A stretch of 41,647 nucleotides of DNA from Acidobacteriota bacterium (lineage in GTDB: Bacteria; Acidobacteriota; Aminicenantia; Aminicenantales; Aminicenantaceae). Positions 23,603-32,908 of this stretch are shown here, piece after piece. Where the stretch lies: NCBI GenBank assembly GCA_030609975.1, contig JAUWSR010000001.1:1-41647 (forward strand). The letters are read 5' to 3'. Numbering within the stretch: position 1 is the first letter of the stretch; the number at the start of each line of letters is the position of its first letter. Under the pieces are notes generated by a model that was given only the letters and a program-made list of their open reading frames with translations, did not search any database and was not told the DNA's origin. A program made the position numbers and the translations under genes.

Positions 23603-24063
23603 GAAGAGCAAGCATAATCTTTATGGTGTGTTGCTTCTTGTGGGGAGGGGTTATCTCAACCTTCGCTCAAGAAGCCGAAAAGCAAAAAGCGGTGGACATC
23701 AGCGCATCGGAGCTTCAAAAAATAGGAAACATCATCTATAATCCCGAAGGTCGGCGAGATCCTTTCAGAGACCTATTAGCGGGAAGCGAAGTACCCGAGG
23801 CCGCCGTTACCGAAGGTGTCGCCGGTATGTTGATCAGCAACATTGTTTTGATTGGAATCGCTAAAATCAAGGGCAAACACCAAGCTATCATCAATGGCCC
23901 CCAGGGATTCCCGAACACTATCAATGTAGGCACTAAATTTGCCGACGGTTTCGTCTTGTCCATAGATGCGTCCAAAGTGGTTTTCCGTCAAACGAAAGAG
24001 AGGGGTGTCCCCCTGTACAAGCCCAAGGACATCACCAAAGAAATAAATCCGGAGGAGCGATAA
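23599..24063 (+). CDS. pilP: PilP-like pilus assembly protein
   Basis: 154 aa. Signal peptide, RRDPF motif, C-terminal beta domain. Position between pilO and pilQ. Confidence 0.55.
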   Translation: MRRASIIFMVCCFLWGGVISTFAQEAEKQKAVDISASELQKIGNIIYNPEGRRDPFRDLLAGSEVPEAAVTEGVAGMLISNIVLIGIAKIKGKHQAIINGPQGFPNTINVGTKFADGFVLSIDASKVVFRQTKERGVPLYKPKDITKEINPEER

Positions 24064-24064
24064 C

Positions 24065-26383
24065 ATGAGAGGGAAAAAACTTTATCTGGTACTCTCCTTT
24101 CTGGGTATACTTACGCTAGTATGTGGATTTGTCGGTGCGAACAGACCCCCGGTCACCATAGATAATATCTCTGTTGAAACCGGATTGTTCAATACCAAGG
24201 TTGTACTTGAGTCCACATTTCAGTTGGCTGTTCTCAACTCCCAATATTTAGAGGGAACTGCACCTATACTCATCGTCGAGTTGGATAGGGTCAACGCCCA
24301 GGAAGCTTCGAGCCTCAGGTTTGATGAAGCCTCTGTGGTCAAGAACATGTCCATGGAAGCAGGCGAGAACAACTCCTGTCGGCTTATGTTCGACCTGAAA
24401 GAGAAGGTACCCTACAGAATCTATTCCGCCCAAAAGGGAACGGTTATTGAATTCAACACTTTTCAAAACGGTCAGAAGGATTATCTTCTGGAACCGGAGC
24501 TGCAGCAAAAACTCGAATCCAATCTCACTTCCAATGTCTTTCTCAAGGGCGTCAGGGTGTCTTCCGATGACAGCCATGTCGACGTCGTAGCAGAGCTGAC
24601 AGAAGAGACACTGTCCCATGTGTTTGTGCTCAAGGACCCTCTTAGATTGGTCGTCGACCTGCACAACACGCTCTACTCCAGCAAGGCCACGAACCTTTCC
24701 ATTAAAAAACTGGGAGTCGAAAAAGTCCGGACCGCTCAGTTCCAACATGGCGATCCCTACACCATCACCCGCATGGTCTTTGACTTGAGCGAACCCCAGC
24801 TCTACTCCATCAGTACCGACACGGATAATCTGACAGTATCTTTCTTCAAGAAAGTCGAAGTGGCTTTCACGGAGCCTTCCAAAGAAACGCCTAAGCCGAC
24901 TGTTGAGGAAGCGATGGCTGAAACTGCTGAAGGCAACGCCTCGGAGATCATGATTTCCAAGCCCCCTGAGATAAAAACTGGGCCGGAGAAAACACGTGTC
25001 GATCCCAAGGAAATGACCGTAAGCGAAACTGTTGAATTTCCGGAAGTGAAAAAACCGGAAGTGAAACAGGATCCAGATACTCAGGTCAATCAGTTCATGC
25101 CCCGCACGCTGGAACAGAGAGATATGAGATACCAAGGAGAAATACTGTCCTTGAAGTTTGCTGATGCTGATCTCCAGGCCGTGGTTTTTTATCTGGCTGA
25201 ATTCGCCGGCTTGAATGTGACCTTCGATCCGGGTGTGACCGGTATCGTCAGCGTGAACCTGATCGATGTTCCTTGGGACCAAGCGCTGGACCTGATCCTC
25301 AAGCAAAACAAGATGGGCAAGATAGTCGAGGGCAATGTGCTCAGAATCGCTCCCATCGGTGTGCTGACTAGAGAACAGGAAGACCTGCGGCGACTGGAAG
25401 AAAGCAAGGAACTGTCAGGTCCCCTGATCACACGCTCTTATACATTATCTTACTCGCGAGCCGGGGACGTTCAAGCCCTGCTGCAGAGCAAGATCTCCAA
25501 CCGAGGAGAGATCATCGTCGATAACAGAACCAACACTTTGATCATCTCTGATGTGGAAGACCGGATGGGCCTGATAGAGACCCTGATCGAAACCTTTGAC
25601 ACAGCTACTCCTCAGGTTTCGATAGAAGCCAGGATCGTGGAAGCCTCGTCCAACTTTGTCCGCAATCTTGGTGTGCAGTGGGGATTCAAGGCTATCCAGG
25701 ATCCCTTCTACGGCAACCAAGGCTCCTTGAAATTCCCGAACCGAAGCCTGGTTGACGGAGCCATGATCCCTCAGGGGATCGTGACCAAGGGAATGGGCGG
25801 ACCGCTGGGTGGCTACGCGGTCAACTTGCCCGCCCCGGCTTTCTCAACGGCAGTAGGCTTGTCATTCGCGAATGTATTGGATACCTTCCGACTGGACATG
25901 GCTCTCACAGCTCTGGAGACATCGGGCAGCGGCAAGATCATCTCAGCCCCTAAAGTAACGACTCAGAACAATCAGGAGGCAGAGATCATCCAGGGTCGCC
26001 AGATTCCGGTTCAAACCGTAGCAAACTTCACCGTGACCACCCGCTATCAGAACGCAGCCCTGGAATTACGAGCTACTCCTCAGATCACAGCGGAAGGCAC
26101 CATCATCATGTATATCGAGATCCAGAACAACGCACCCGATTTTGCTAACCTGGTCAACGGAATTCCTCCCATCATAACGCAAAGTGCAGAAACGACGGTT
26201 ATGATCCCCGATGGCGGCACCACCGTTATCGGAGGCATCTACCGGACGGAGGATTCCATCACTCGGGAACGGGTGCCATTACTGCATAAAATTCCTATCC
26301 TGGGAAACCTGTTCAAGTCATTTGCCCGTACTAAACAAAGCCGGGAGTTGCTCATCTTTATAACTCCCAGGATAATAAAGTGA
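24065..26383 (+). CDS. pilQ: Type IV pilus secretin PilQ
   Basis: 772 aa. Signal peptide, two AMIN-like N-terminal domains, a Pro/Glu/Lys-rich linker, N0/N1 domains, and the C-terminal secretin core ending VPLLHKIPILGNLF...ELLIFITPRII. Confidence 0.9.
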   Translation: MRGKKLYLVLSFLGILTLVCGFVGANRPPVTIDNISVETGLFNTKVVLESTFQLAVLNSQYLEGTAPILIVELDRVNAQEASSLRFDEASVVKNMSMEAGENNSCRLMFDLKEKVPYRIYSAQKGTVIEFNTFQNGQKDYLLEPELQQKLESNLTSNVFLKGVRVSSDDSHVDVVAELTEETLSHVFVLKDPLRLVVDLHNTLYSSKATNLSIKKLGVEKVRTAQFQHGDPYTITRMVFDLSEPQLYSISTDTDNLTVSFFKKVEVAFTEPSKETPKPTVEEAMAETAEGNASEIMISKPPEIKTGPEKTRVDPKEMTVSETVEFPEVKKPEVKQDPDTQVNQFMPRTLEQRDMRYQGEILSLKFADADLQAVVFYLAEFAGLNVTFDPGVTGIVSVNLIDVPWDQALDLILKQNKMGKIVEGNVLRIAPIGVLTREQEDLRRLEESKELSGPLITRSYTLSYSRAGDVQALLQSKISNRGEIIVDNRTNTLIISDVEDRMGLIETLIETFDTATPQVSIEARIVEASSNFVRNLGVQWGFKAIQDPFYGNQGSLKFPNRSLVDGAMIPQGIVTKGMGGPLGGYAVNLPAPAFSTAVGLSFANVLDTFRLDMALTALETSGSGKIISAPKVTTQNNQEAEIIQGRQIPVQTVANFTVTTRYQNAALELRATPQITAEGTIIMYIEIQNNAPDFANLVNGIPPIITQSAETTVMIPDGGTTVIGGIYRTEDSITRERVPLLHKIPILGNLFKSFARTKQSRELLIFITPRIIK

Positions 26384-26397
26384 AGGGGTGGAAAACA

Positions 26398-27003
26398 ATG
26401 AAAAAAGCAACATTAGCCTTAAAAGCGCTGGTTATCCTTCCCGTAGTCTTGGTGCTTCTTTCTTGCAACCCTGTCGAGAATGAATCAACGTCCGCTACCT
26501 TGCTCGTTGTGAACAACGTCACGGGCACAGATATGGAAGGTACCGCCGCGAACTATCTGGAATCAGATGTGCTCTTTGAAGACCTTGATGCCGGGACCTC
26601 GACCATCTATGCAGACGCCGCTGAGATATCGCTTACAGCAACCCTGCTGGATCCAGCTTCCCTTTTAGGTCCTTCGGTATACAACACCGTCACCATCAAT
26701 CGCTACACCGTCGATTACATGCGCACGGATGGACAAAACACTCCTGGTGAAGATGTCCCCTATCCATTTGAAGGAACCTTGTCGATCACAGCCGCAGTCG
26801 ATTCCGCCATTGCGTTCTCTATTGTTGTTGTTAGAGCGGCCGCTAAAGCCGAGCCTCCCTTGGTAAACCTCCATGCGGGACGGGATGAGGGGATCTTGAC
26901 CGTACAGGCAAAGATCACCCTCTACGGCAACGATCAGGCGAACCGGACGGTGACCGCCGTAGGCTACCTGACCATCTATTTCGCCAATTATGTCAATGAA
27001 TAA
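26398..27003 (+). CDS. Lipoprotein of unknown function (predicted beta-rich), co-transcribed with pilQ
   Basis: ATG at 26398 with an AGGGGTGG SD, 201 aa. Signal peptide plus lipobox LVLLSC. I recognise no motif in it. Confidence 0.6.
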   Translation: MKKATLALKALVILPVVLVLLSCNPVENESTSATLLVVNNVTGTDMEGTAANYLESDVLFEDLDAGTSTIYADAAEISLTATLLDPASLLGPSVYNTVTINRYTVDYMRTDGQNTPGEDVPYPFEGTLSITAAVDSAIAFSIVVVRAAAKAEPPLVNLHAGRDEGILTVQAKITLYGNDQANRTVTAVGYLTIYFANYVNE

Positions 27004-27013
27004 GGACAGAACT

Positions 27014-27910
27014 ATGAAACGCACAATTAACACATTTGTTGTTATCCTGCTGGTGATAAGTTTGGCTGCCGTCAGTTCCTGTAAAAGGGATCAAGTGGGA
27101 GTACCGGGTCCGATGGGGCCCTCCACGCTGGCGACCTTGATCGAGATCACAGCCTCTCCCAACATCATCGTGGCGGGAGCTTCGCGTCAACAGACCACCA
27201 TTACCGCCAGAGTCTACATGTTTGATGGTTCACCGGTGGCGAACCAGACCGTCTCCTTTGATATCCGGGACGCACTGGGTCAGAAACTCTATCTTGGCTT
27301 TTTGGACGGCAGTCAGACAGTGGTATCCAGATCCACGGATTCAAGTGGCATGGTGAGCATTACCTATGCCGGCCCCTTGGCCTCAGAACTGTCTGAAATA
27401 CTCGTTTCTGAACTCACCGTTCACATCAATGTGTATCTCGGATGGCAGGGCGATGAGATCATCACGGATTTCTGTCCAATAATCGTCGTGGGCGACCTGC
27501 TGGAATTGGTCGTTGTCGTCAAATTCGAACTGCAGGCCTTCCCCAACGTCCTATGGTGCACGGATAAGCGACCCAAGTCCGAGATCAGAGGCATCTTTAA
27601 GTACACCTATAACGGTATTCCCATCATCGGTCGCAGAGTCTATTTCAAGATCCTCTCCGGCCCCGGAGAATTCGGTGACGGGAGAACCAAGACCTTTGCC
27701 ATTACAGACAAACACGGTGTCGCCATGATCAAGTACATCGGTCCCACACGGAATGAGATCGCCTTCGATACCTTGGTGACCATCCAAGGTCAGCCTGAAA
27801 CGGATTGGATCCACGTCGATTCCCCCTATGAAGATCCAAATATACCCAGTGAATTCTATATCCACAAAGAAATGGATATCCGTCTCATCAAAGGACAGGG
27901 GATTAACTGA
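27014..27910 (+). CDS. Lipoprotein with two bacterial Ig-like (Big_1/invasin-like) domains
   Basis: ATG at 27014 with an AAGGA SD, 298 aa. Lipobox AVSSC. Two repeats of the pattern ...V.F.I......TDSSGMVSITYAGP / ...VYFKILSG.G.F....TFAITDKHGVAMIKYIGP. Confidence 0.6.
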   Translation: MKRTINTFVVILLVISLAAVSSCKRDQVGVPGPMGPSTLATLIEITASPNIIVAGASRQQTTITARVYMFDGSPVANQTVSFDIRDALGQKLYLGFLDGSQTVVSRSTDSSGMVSITYAGPLASELSEILVSELTVHINVYLGWQGDEIITDFCPIIVVGDLLELVVVVKFELQAFPNVLWCTDKRPKSEIRGIFKYTYNGIPIIGRRVYFKILSGPGEFGDGRTKTFAITDKHGVAMIKYIGPTRNEIAFDTLVTIQGQPETDWIHVDSPYEDPNIPSEFYIHKEMDIRLIKGQGIN

Positions 27911-27943
27911 TCGTACTGCGGTCTGTTTGAACTCAGACTTTAC

Positions 27944-27980
27944 GGCTAGGCTTTCGCAAGAAAGCCTAGCCTTTTTTTTT
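27944..27980 (+). terminator. Rho-independent terminator closing the coaD-pil-lipoprotein unit
   Basis: Perfect 12-bp stem GGCTAGGCTTTC / GAAAGCCTAGCC with a GCAA tetraloop, followed by T9. Confidence 0.9.
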
Positions 27981-28119
27981 GACACGGTTCAAAGCACAGG
28001 AAGTAGTTCCAAATCTACAACCATGTTTATTTTCAACCAGAGCGTTCTGGGTGAGTTTGCATCCATCTGAGCCGCATGAGGGTGGTTGGGTCTTTGGAAT
28101 TACTTCCGTAGCGATGGAC

Positions 28120-30270
28120 TCATTCAAAGATCGTGACGGAACGCTTGGCTGGCATGGACCGAAGCGGCTCTTTGAGCACAGCGTCAAGCTCTTTTTTGTT
28201 TTTTGCTTTAATGATGACTTGAATGCGGTTTTTTCCCCGAAGCTTAGAGAGTGGAGCTCGCGCTGGACCCAAAATCTCGATCCGAGCAGCAGCCTGACTC
28301 TTTTTTACTTGGGAAGAAAATTCACGGGACCTGCGTGCGGCTGTGCGCAAATTCTCATCCTGGAAGACCACCTCAGCCATGCAGGAAAAAGGCGGGTAAT
28401 TCATCACCTGGCGGTACTGCAGCTCCTGCCGGTAAAAGGCTCGATAATCGCCAAAGGCCGCATTCAGGATACTGTGATGCTCTGGAAACGCAGTTTGCAC
28501 AATCAGTTCACTGTTCCTACCTGCGCTTAAAAATCGGATCATCCGATTCATACTCTGGAAAGTCTTTTGACCTGCCTGAAAATCAGATAAACCCAGAAAA
28601 ACTTCCGGATAGAATATCACTATCATGGAGACGGAAGGAAGATCGATCCGGTGGGCCAGCAGAGGAGTCCCAACCAGGATGCCGGTCTTACCCGTGTGAA
28701 AGCGCGTGAGGATGGCCTCTTGATCTGCCCTTTTCCCTGCTTCATCTCTATCAAAGCTTTCCACTTGATGTTGGGGAAAATTTTTACGAAGCTCATCGCT
28801 GATAACTTCTATGCCGGGACCTCTGGTATTAACGATCTTATTCCCGCATTGGGGACATGAGGGTGCAGGAGCTTCGGTCGCATTGCAGTAATGGCAAACC
28901 AAATGTCCTTCTTTTTTATGGTAGCTCATGGCCACATCACAGCGGCGGCAGCGGGGAGTGTAGGTACAGCGAGAACAGGCCAGGACCGCTGCATATCCGC
29001 GCCGGCTGCAAAAAACCAGGACCGGCTCTTTTTCATCAAGTCTTCTACGGATACGGTTGATGATCTTGTTGCCGATCACTGCAGGAAAGGTTCTATCGTC
29101 CAGAATGGTCGTTAATTTTTTCCCAGGCCGACTTTCTTTTCCTAACCAATGGGCCCTTTTTTTTGCTCGATGTTCGGTTTCAACCGAAGGCCAGGCGGCC
29201 CCCAGAACCAGAAGCGCCTTATCCTGTTGAGCTCGAAGCCGGGCTCCCCAACGGGTTTCATATGCGGGGCTTTCCAGCTGATAATAGGAATCATCCTGTT
29301 CTTCGTCCACAACGATCAATCCCAGGTCCTCAAGCGGTGACAGTAAGGCTGACCGCGGCCCTAAAACGACATCCACTTCCCCTCCCTTGATTCTCCGCCA
29401 TTGAAGCTCCCGCTGGGCTTTACTCAACCGGCTGTGCAGAAGCGCGACCCTGCCCCCCATCTTCCCCTCGAAACTTGTCATGAACTCCTGTGTGAGCGAG
29501 ATCTCAGGCGTCAAAAACAAAACGCGCCGCCCCAACGAGAGGCATTCCCTCACAAGAGCCAGGTATACAGGTTTTCGCATGACAGCAGGCAATTGAAGCA
29601 AATAGGGAACAAACGCCTTCTCTTTAATTTTTGCTTTCAGAATTTTGGTCAGCTGGAAGCTTTCCTTATCCAAGGAAAAATCCATTTCCAACTGACTGGC
29701 AGCCAGCGCTTTGGTCATGTTCTGCCTCGGCTTATCCCGCTGGAGCTCCTGCACTTGAAGAACCAACCCTATTTTTTGCAGGCGCCGGAGAAGCCGGGAA
29801 ATATCCAACCCTTTAAAAAATCGCCGGAGGTAAGCCTCCGTATAGGCCTCTTTTCTCAGGAGCTCCAATATCCGAGCTTCCGCTGGGCTAAGTTTTTGTT
29901 TGTTATCCCCGACTCCGGCATTGTCGCTTACAAGATAGCGTGTCTGACTGCGGACAACGAATGAGGGGGGTAGAGAGGCCTGAAGAACTTCTCCCCAGGA
30001 AGAGTAGAAATAGTCTGCAAGTTTTTGGGTGAATGTTAAAAATCGAGAGGAAAAAACAGGATAGGGATCAAGCACTTCCGTGATCATTTTGAGTTCCATC
30101 CCGGGAACCGGGTTCTTCTGCCTCAGCTTGATAACAAAGCCGGTCATGGCGCGGCGTCCAAATGGGACAAGGATACGAGAACCGATATCTACATTCTCAC
30201 GAAAAGAGGCAGGCACCTTGTAATGGAAGCTCTTGGCCAAAGGAAGAGGAAGCACAACTTCTGCATACAC
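28120..30270 (-). CDS. priA: Primosomal protein N' (PriA) homolog with degenerate helicase motifs
   Basis: 716 aa. PriA-type N-terminus MYAEVVLPLPLAKSFHYKVP. Cys-rich zinc region CSRCTYTPRCRRCDVAMSYHKKEGHLVCHYCNATEAPAPSCPQCGN. The Walker A position reads LPAVMRKPVY, and motif II is DEEQD. Confidence 0.85.
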   Translation of the reverse strand: MYAEVVLPLPLAKSFHYKVPASFRENVDIGSRILVPFGRRAMTGFVIKLRQKNPVPGMELKMITEVLDPYPVFSSRFLTFTQKLADYFYSSWGEVLQASLPPSFVVRSQTRYLVSDNAGVGDNKQKLSPAEARILELLRKEAYTEAYLRRFFKGLDISRLLRRLQKIGLVLQVQELQRDKPRQNMTKALAASQLEMDFSLDKESFQLTKILKAKIKEKAFVPYLLQLPAVMRKPVYLALVRECLSLGRRVLFLTPEISLTQEFMTSFEGKMGGRVALLHSRLSKAQRELQWRRIKGGEVDVVLGPRSALLSPLEDLGLIVVDEEQDDSYYQLESPAYETRWGARLRAQQDKALLVLGAAWPSVETEHRAKKRAHWLGKESRPGKKLTTILDDRTFPAVIGNKIINRIRRRLDEKEPVLVFCSRRGYAAVLACSRCTYTPRCRRCDVAMSYHKKEGHLVCHYCNATEAPAPSCPQCGNKIVNTRGPGIEVISDELRKNFPQHQVESFDRDEAGKRADQEAILTRFHTGKTGILVGTPLLAHRIDLPSVSMIVIFYPEVFLGLSDFQAGQKTFQSMNRMIRFLSAGRNSELIVQTAFPEHHSILNAAFGDYRAFYRQELQYRQVMNYPPFSCMAEVVFQDENLRTAARRSREFSSQVKKSQAAARIEILGPARAPLSKLRGKNRIQVIIKAKNKKELDAVLKEPLRSMPAKRSVTIFE

Positions 30271-30300
30271 GATTTTACTCGGGATCCTTCATAAATCAGC

Positions 30301-30972
30301 TCACTCTTTCAAATCGCTCATCACCTGCTGCATATCGTCCCATACCTGCCGTCTCAATTCCCGATTGCCCTCATTGCGTATCAGGTAGGAAGGATGAAAA
30401 GTCGGCATGATCCGGTACTGCGGGAAATCATGGAACTTGCCCCTTAAAGAAGTAATGCCGCTGCGTGTTTTTAGAAAATATTGAGTGGGGACATTCCCTA
30501 AGGTCACAATGACCCGGGGCTGGATCATCTCGATCTGTTCAAAGAGATAGTCCTGGCATATTTCGATCTCCTGGCTGTTGGGGTTCCGGTTGTTAGGCGG
30601 GCGGCATTTGACCATATTGGTGATGTATACGTCCGTTCTCTGGAAACCCATGGCATTGATGATCTTGGTAAGAAGCTGCCCGGCTCGCCCCACAAAGGGG
30701 CGGCCCTGCACATCCTCGTCATGCCCCGGCCCCTCTCCCACAAACATCAGGGCTGCGGCAGCATTCCCCTCCCCCGGTACAGCTTGTATACGAGTTTTGG
30801 CCAGCGGGCATTTAAGGCACCCAAGGACACGTTCCTCCAATGCTTTTAAAGGGGAATTCTCGGTAGGAGCAGGCGCCTCTTCACCTTGAACAAAAAATTC
30901 TGCAGCAAGTTCAGAAAAAAACTTGAGGTGCTCCCGGATATCAAGATGATTATTTTCTCTTGGATCGTTCAA
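30301..30972 (-). CDS. Family 4 uracil-DNA glycosylase (Fe-S type)
   Basis: 223 aa. GCLKCPL, MFVGEGPGHDEDVQGRPFVGRAGQLL, MVKCRPP, ICQDY, HPSYLIRN. Confidence 0.85.
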   Translation of the reverse strand: MNDPRENNHLDIREHLKFFSELAAEFFVQGEEAPAPTENSPLKALEERVLGCLKCPLAKTRIQAVPGEGNAAAALMFVGEGPGHDEDVQGRPFVGRAGQLLTKIINAMGFQRTDVYITNMVKCRPPNNRNPNSQEIEICQDYLFEQIEMIQPRVIVTLGNVPTQYFLKTRSGITSLRGKFHDFPQYRIMPTFHPSYLIRNEGNRELRRQVWDDMQQVMSDLKE

Positions 30973-32149
30973 CTAAAACCTCGATTTCATCCAGAATTAT
31001 TCGACTTATTTCACGCTTTCCCAGTTTTTCCGTACGTTTCAAGAGGCCTTTCGGTGTGTACAAACTCACCTGGTTCTGGTCAACATCAAATCCGATATCC
31101 GGTTGAGAAACATCATTGGCAACAATGAGATCAAGATTTTTTCTGCGGATCTTCTCGAGAGCATGCGCCTCGACATCTTCGGTTTCAGCTGCGAAACCCA
31201 CCAAGATGGTTTTTTTCTTGGCCTTCCCCAAAACTTCCAATATATCGGGAGTGGGTTTGAGCGCAATACCTAAAGTTGCATCTCGCTTTTTTATCTTTTG
31301 GGTGGAAAAATCAACAAAACTGAAGTCCGAAACTGCAGCAGCCATGATCACAACATCCATCTCCGAGATAAGTCCCTGGACTTCATCGTGCATTTCATTT
31401 GCGGTTTCTACGGCCTTAAACCTTGCCCCTCGAGGGGGATAGAGTTGAGAAGGACCGGAGACTAAACAGACTTCCGCTCCTTTCTTCACCGCGTCCTCCG
31501 CTAATAAATATCCCATTCTTCCTGAGGAACGGTTGCTGAGATACCGGATGGGATCAAGATATTCGCGAGTAGGACCCGCAGTTATCAAAATTCTTTGGCC
31601 TTTTAAACTCTCGCTCATTTTAAGGGAGTCAATTGTACATTGTACGATCTCTTCGGGGGAAGCCAATCGCCCCCAGCCTTCAACCCCACAAGCCAGATAG
31701 CCTTGAACCGGTTCTAAAAAAACAGCTCCCGCAGCTTTTAGTTTTCGTATATTTGCCTGTGTCTGGGGATGCAGATACATATTCTCGTTCATAGCGGGAG
31801 CTACAAGTACGGGACAATCTACAGCGAGATAGAAGGTTGTTAGGAAATCATCAGCAATACCTGAAGCCAGCTTGCCCAATAGGTTGGCTGTAGCAGGTGC
31901 CAACAGCAAAAGCTCAGTCTCCCGGGCCAGGTCGATATGCGGAATGTGCTGGGACATCTGTTCTTCAAAAAGCTCTACGTAGGTCGCTTTTCCTGTCAGA
32001 GCGCTAAAAAGGCGTGGCGATATCAGATGGGCCGCATTTCTTGTCATGATGACCCGAACCTCACAAGCCTCCCCCTGAAGCCCACGGATGATCTCACAGG
32101 CCTTGTAGATGCTTACGGAGGAGCTCACTCCCAAGACGATATTTTTCAT
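30950..32149 (-). CDS. coaBC: Bifunctional phosphopantothenoylcysteine decarboxylase / phosphopantothenate-cysteine ligase
   Basis: Start trimmed to the ATG at 32149-32147 (MKNIVLGVSSSVSIYKA), 399 aa. PAMNENM; CoaB motif NRSSGRMG. Confidence 0.9.
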   Translation of the reverse strand: MKNIVLGVSSSVSIYKACEIIRGLQGEACEVRVIMTRNAAHLISPRLFSALTGKATYVELFEEQMSQHIPHIDLARETELLLLAPATANLLGKLASGIADDFLTTFYLAVDCPVLVAPAMNENMYLHPQTQANIRKLKAAGAVFLEPVQGYLACGVEGWGRLASPEEIVQCTIDSLKMSESLKGQRILITAGPTREYLDPIRYLSNRSSGRMGYLLAEDAVKKGAEVCLVSGPSQLYPPRGARFKAVETANEMHDEVQGLISEMDVVIMAAAVSDFSFVDFSTQKIKKRDATLGIALKPTPDILEVLGKAKKKTILVGFAAETEDVEAHALEKIRRKNLDLIVANDVSQPDIGFDVDQNQVSLYTPKGLLKRTEKLGKREISRIILDEIEVLVERSKRK

Positions 32150-32159
32150 ATTTTCAATT

Positions 32160-32765
32160 TCATCCTGATCCAGAGAAACTCTGGAGGATGGGGACGATGC
32201 TCTTCTGTCTTTTTTCCAAACGGCATTTGGTGCTGCGCAGAATCGCAATCAAATCCTTGACAGCATCATCCAAAAACTCATTGACGATAATGTAATCGAA
32301 CTGAGCATAGGACCGGATCTCCTTCCTTGCCGTCGCAAGCCGCGTATGGATCGACTCCCGGCTTTCTTGGCCCCGCTTTTCCAGTCTCTTGCGCAGCACT
32401 CCATATGAGGGAGGCAGGACAAAAATATATTGACCTTTTTTATACCTTTGTCTCAACTGATCCGCTCCTTGCACATCTACATCCAAAATGAGATCCTTAT
32501 TTGCGCCTTTTCGTTCCAGTTCTTTTTTTGCGGTCCCGTAATAGTGTCCATGTACGAGCGCCCACTCCGCCAATTTTTCTTCGGCGATCATCCTCTTGAA
32601 CTCCTCCGAAGAAATAAAATAATAATCCTTGCCTTCTTCCTCAGTATCGCGTTGGAAACGTGTGGTATGCGACACAGAGAATTCCAAGTCCGGAATCTCG
32701 GCTAAGGCATGCTGAACCAGTGTCGACTTACCGCACCCGGAGGGGCCGCTGATCACAAATATCAT
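32160..32765 (-). CDS. gmk: Guanylate kinase
   Basis: 201 aa. MIFVISGPSGCGKSTLV, SHTTRFQR, EWALVHGHYYGT. Confidence 0.9.
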   Translation of the reverse strand: MIFVISGPSGCGKSTLVQHALAEIPDLEFSVSHTTRFQRDTEEEGKDYYFISSEEFKRMIAEEKLAEWALVHGHYYGTAKKELERKGANKDLILDVDVQGADQLRQRYKKGQYIFVLPPSYGVLRKRLEKRGQESRESIHTRLATARKEIRSYAQFDYIIVNEFLDDAVKDLIAILRSTKCRLEKRQKSIVPILQSFSGSG

Positions 32766-32908
32766 CCCAATCCTCTCAGCCTCTATATTATCAGATTCTA
32801 CTTATCCAGCACAATCACCCATGCCATACTATTTTAGGGCCATAATTTAGTCTCCATACAAAAAACGAATTTTATCTGTCTGAAAACTCTATCTAATGAC
32901 AAGCTTGA

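Noticed and set aside
25040-25066. Tandem CCGGAAGTGAAA duplication (15-nt period) inside pilQ.
   Set aside because: It encodes PEVKK-PEVKQ within the Pro/Glu/Lys-rich inter-domain linker of the secretin. This is ordinary low-complexity linker expansion, not a regulatory repeat.
24248-25306. 352-aa ORF on the minus strand inside pilQ. Similar long antisense ORFs lie at 703-1230, 1822-2367, 2592-3017, 3713-4288, 9583-10224, 13218-13745, 21393-21890, 27551-27985, 27979-28530 and 29401-29964.
   Set aside because: Each lies entirely opposite a gene with clear family motifs. Their translations are low-complexity (rich in R, S, L, G, F) with no recognisable domain, SD or start context. They are shadow frames of the real coding strand.
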